Shown here: positions 62,803-64,000 of the stretch, piece by piece
Position numbering within the stretch: the first letter of the stretch is position 1
Layout: each line of letters begins with the position of its first letter
Source of the DNA: Eledone cirrhosa
Lineage: Eukaryota
NCBI GenBank assembly: GCA_964016885.1
Contig: OZ024743.1
Coordinates: 223,014,001-223,078,000 of the forward strand
Length of the DNA stretch: 64,000 nucleotides
Direction of reading: 5' to 3'
Position numbers and translations under genes: made by a program
Notes under the pieces: model-generated
Database searches by the model: none
The model's input: only the letters and a program-made list of their open reading frames with translations
What the model was told of the DNA's origin: nothing

Positions 62803-64000
62803 ATTTAGAGTATAGTTTTTGTTACACAACTCCATTAATGTAATGATTTTTTTACCAATTTCCAACCGTTTTGATGGCAATAATTCATTCAAAACACATT
62901 TAAAAAATAGGAAAAAGAAATTTCACTCCCGAGGAGAAACCATTGTAATATGCACCACCAAAGTGAAACCAGTGTAATATTTACCCACAAAGCAAAAATA
63001 TTTTAGCACCTCATTTACATAGAATTTGGTAAAATATTAATCTCGAATATAAGCTGACTTCCTATTTTACCATAGAACTTGCTGTCACATATTTCTTGGC
63101 TTATATACAAGTATATGTTAATTGGAAATCATAGAAATTATATTCCATTAGAAATATAGTAACAGAGGCGTTCAAGTGTATATATTTATCTAAAGGATCT
63201 ATTATATGATTTAAAACACATCAAATAGTGCAACCCTGAGCCACAACTAACTGCAAATCCCCTAGCACAACCCTATAATTAATCTGAATAGTTTATCTAT
63301 GGCATCTTTGGTATGGAAGAGGTAGGTGGAAGTTGGCAATTGGAGATGCAATCTTTAGAAAAATTTTAAACAAAAATATTTACTGCTCCAAAGGAAAATG
63401 TTAGGTAGCTGATAAATATGAATGAGATTCAAACAAAATTCCGAACAGTTATACAAAATAAATGTTAGGATTCACAGCTGTAACACCATGGATTTGATTC
63501 TTGGTATGGGCAGTACGTTGTTTTTAAGCAAAACACTTCTTTCACAGTGTTTTTCATGATTGGACCCAGGCCTTATCATTAAATCATCCAAGAACCCTAA
63601 TATGAAATGCCAACTCATAAGAGTGAACTGTAAATTTCGTTTTTTTTTTCCATTTCAATAAGTTTACTGGGTTTCTGCTCAGTTAACTTATCTCCAATCA
63701 ACATCAGATTAAACACATTCCTTTTACTCTTTTACTAGCTTCAGTCATTAAACTGTGGCCATGTGGAGCATTGCCTTCAAGTCTCAGTCAATCATACCAG
63801 TCACGATATTCATTTTATTGAGCTGTATTTAACCCTTTAGCATTTACATTACTCTATATTTACTATTGTATTTATTTTGAGAACAATGCCTTAACATAAG
63901 TATGAGCAGCCAGTTATGGCTGGTTTGAACAGAAAGAGGGGAGAGAATTCTGGCAATACGGCTGGTTTAAATCTAGGATTGAATATAGAACTTCCACGCT

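Larger units (their letters stand above)
60995..63120. mobile_element. TA-bounded Tc1/mariner-pogo-like non-autonomous element enclosing the hAT fossil
   Basis: Left end tactgtatatatttgaatataagc; right end gcttatatacaagtatatgtta is an imperfect inverted repeat of it. MITE-B sequence continues on either side. Confidence 0.55.

Noticed and set aside
41807-64000. Search for RAVER coding exon 1 (RRM1 start, expected RR-I-I-LP-like) and promoter
   Set aside because: Not found by eye; the region is almost all repeats. Probably outside the window, though a short exon could have been missed.

Overview
AT-rich, repeat-dense animal genomic DNA. The repeat repertoire resembles an octopus/coleoid cephalopod, which is my inference and not a database result. 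Most of the window is one minus-strand gene for a RAVER1/2-family (ribonucleoprotein PTB-binding) splicing co-factor. I traced 12 GT-AG coding exons from 41806 down to the left edge. They join in frame (2584 nt, about 861 aa). The first coding exon was not found and probably lies beyond 64000; the 3' end runs off the left edge. The protein has 3 RRMs, several PTB-interacting LLGxxP-type motifs and a long S/Y/G/N/Q/T-rich C-terminal region that looks prion-like. The introns hold three copies of an RTE LINE with a C4HC3 PHD finger inside the RT, other RTE fragments, tRNA-derived SINEs, two TTAA-bounded MITE families, a fossil hAT (Buster/Charlie) transposon, a 5S rRNA pseudogene and minisatellites. 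The least expected signals are three hammerhead-ribozyme motifs at about 54.9-56.0 kb (one almost fully paired) and a set of (TA)n-associated fold-back elements. All coordinates were read by eye, and repeat boundaries are approximate.
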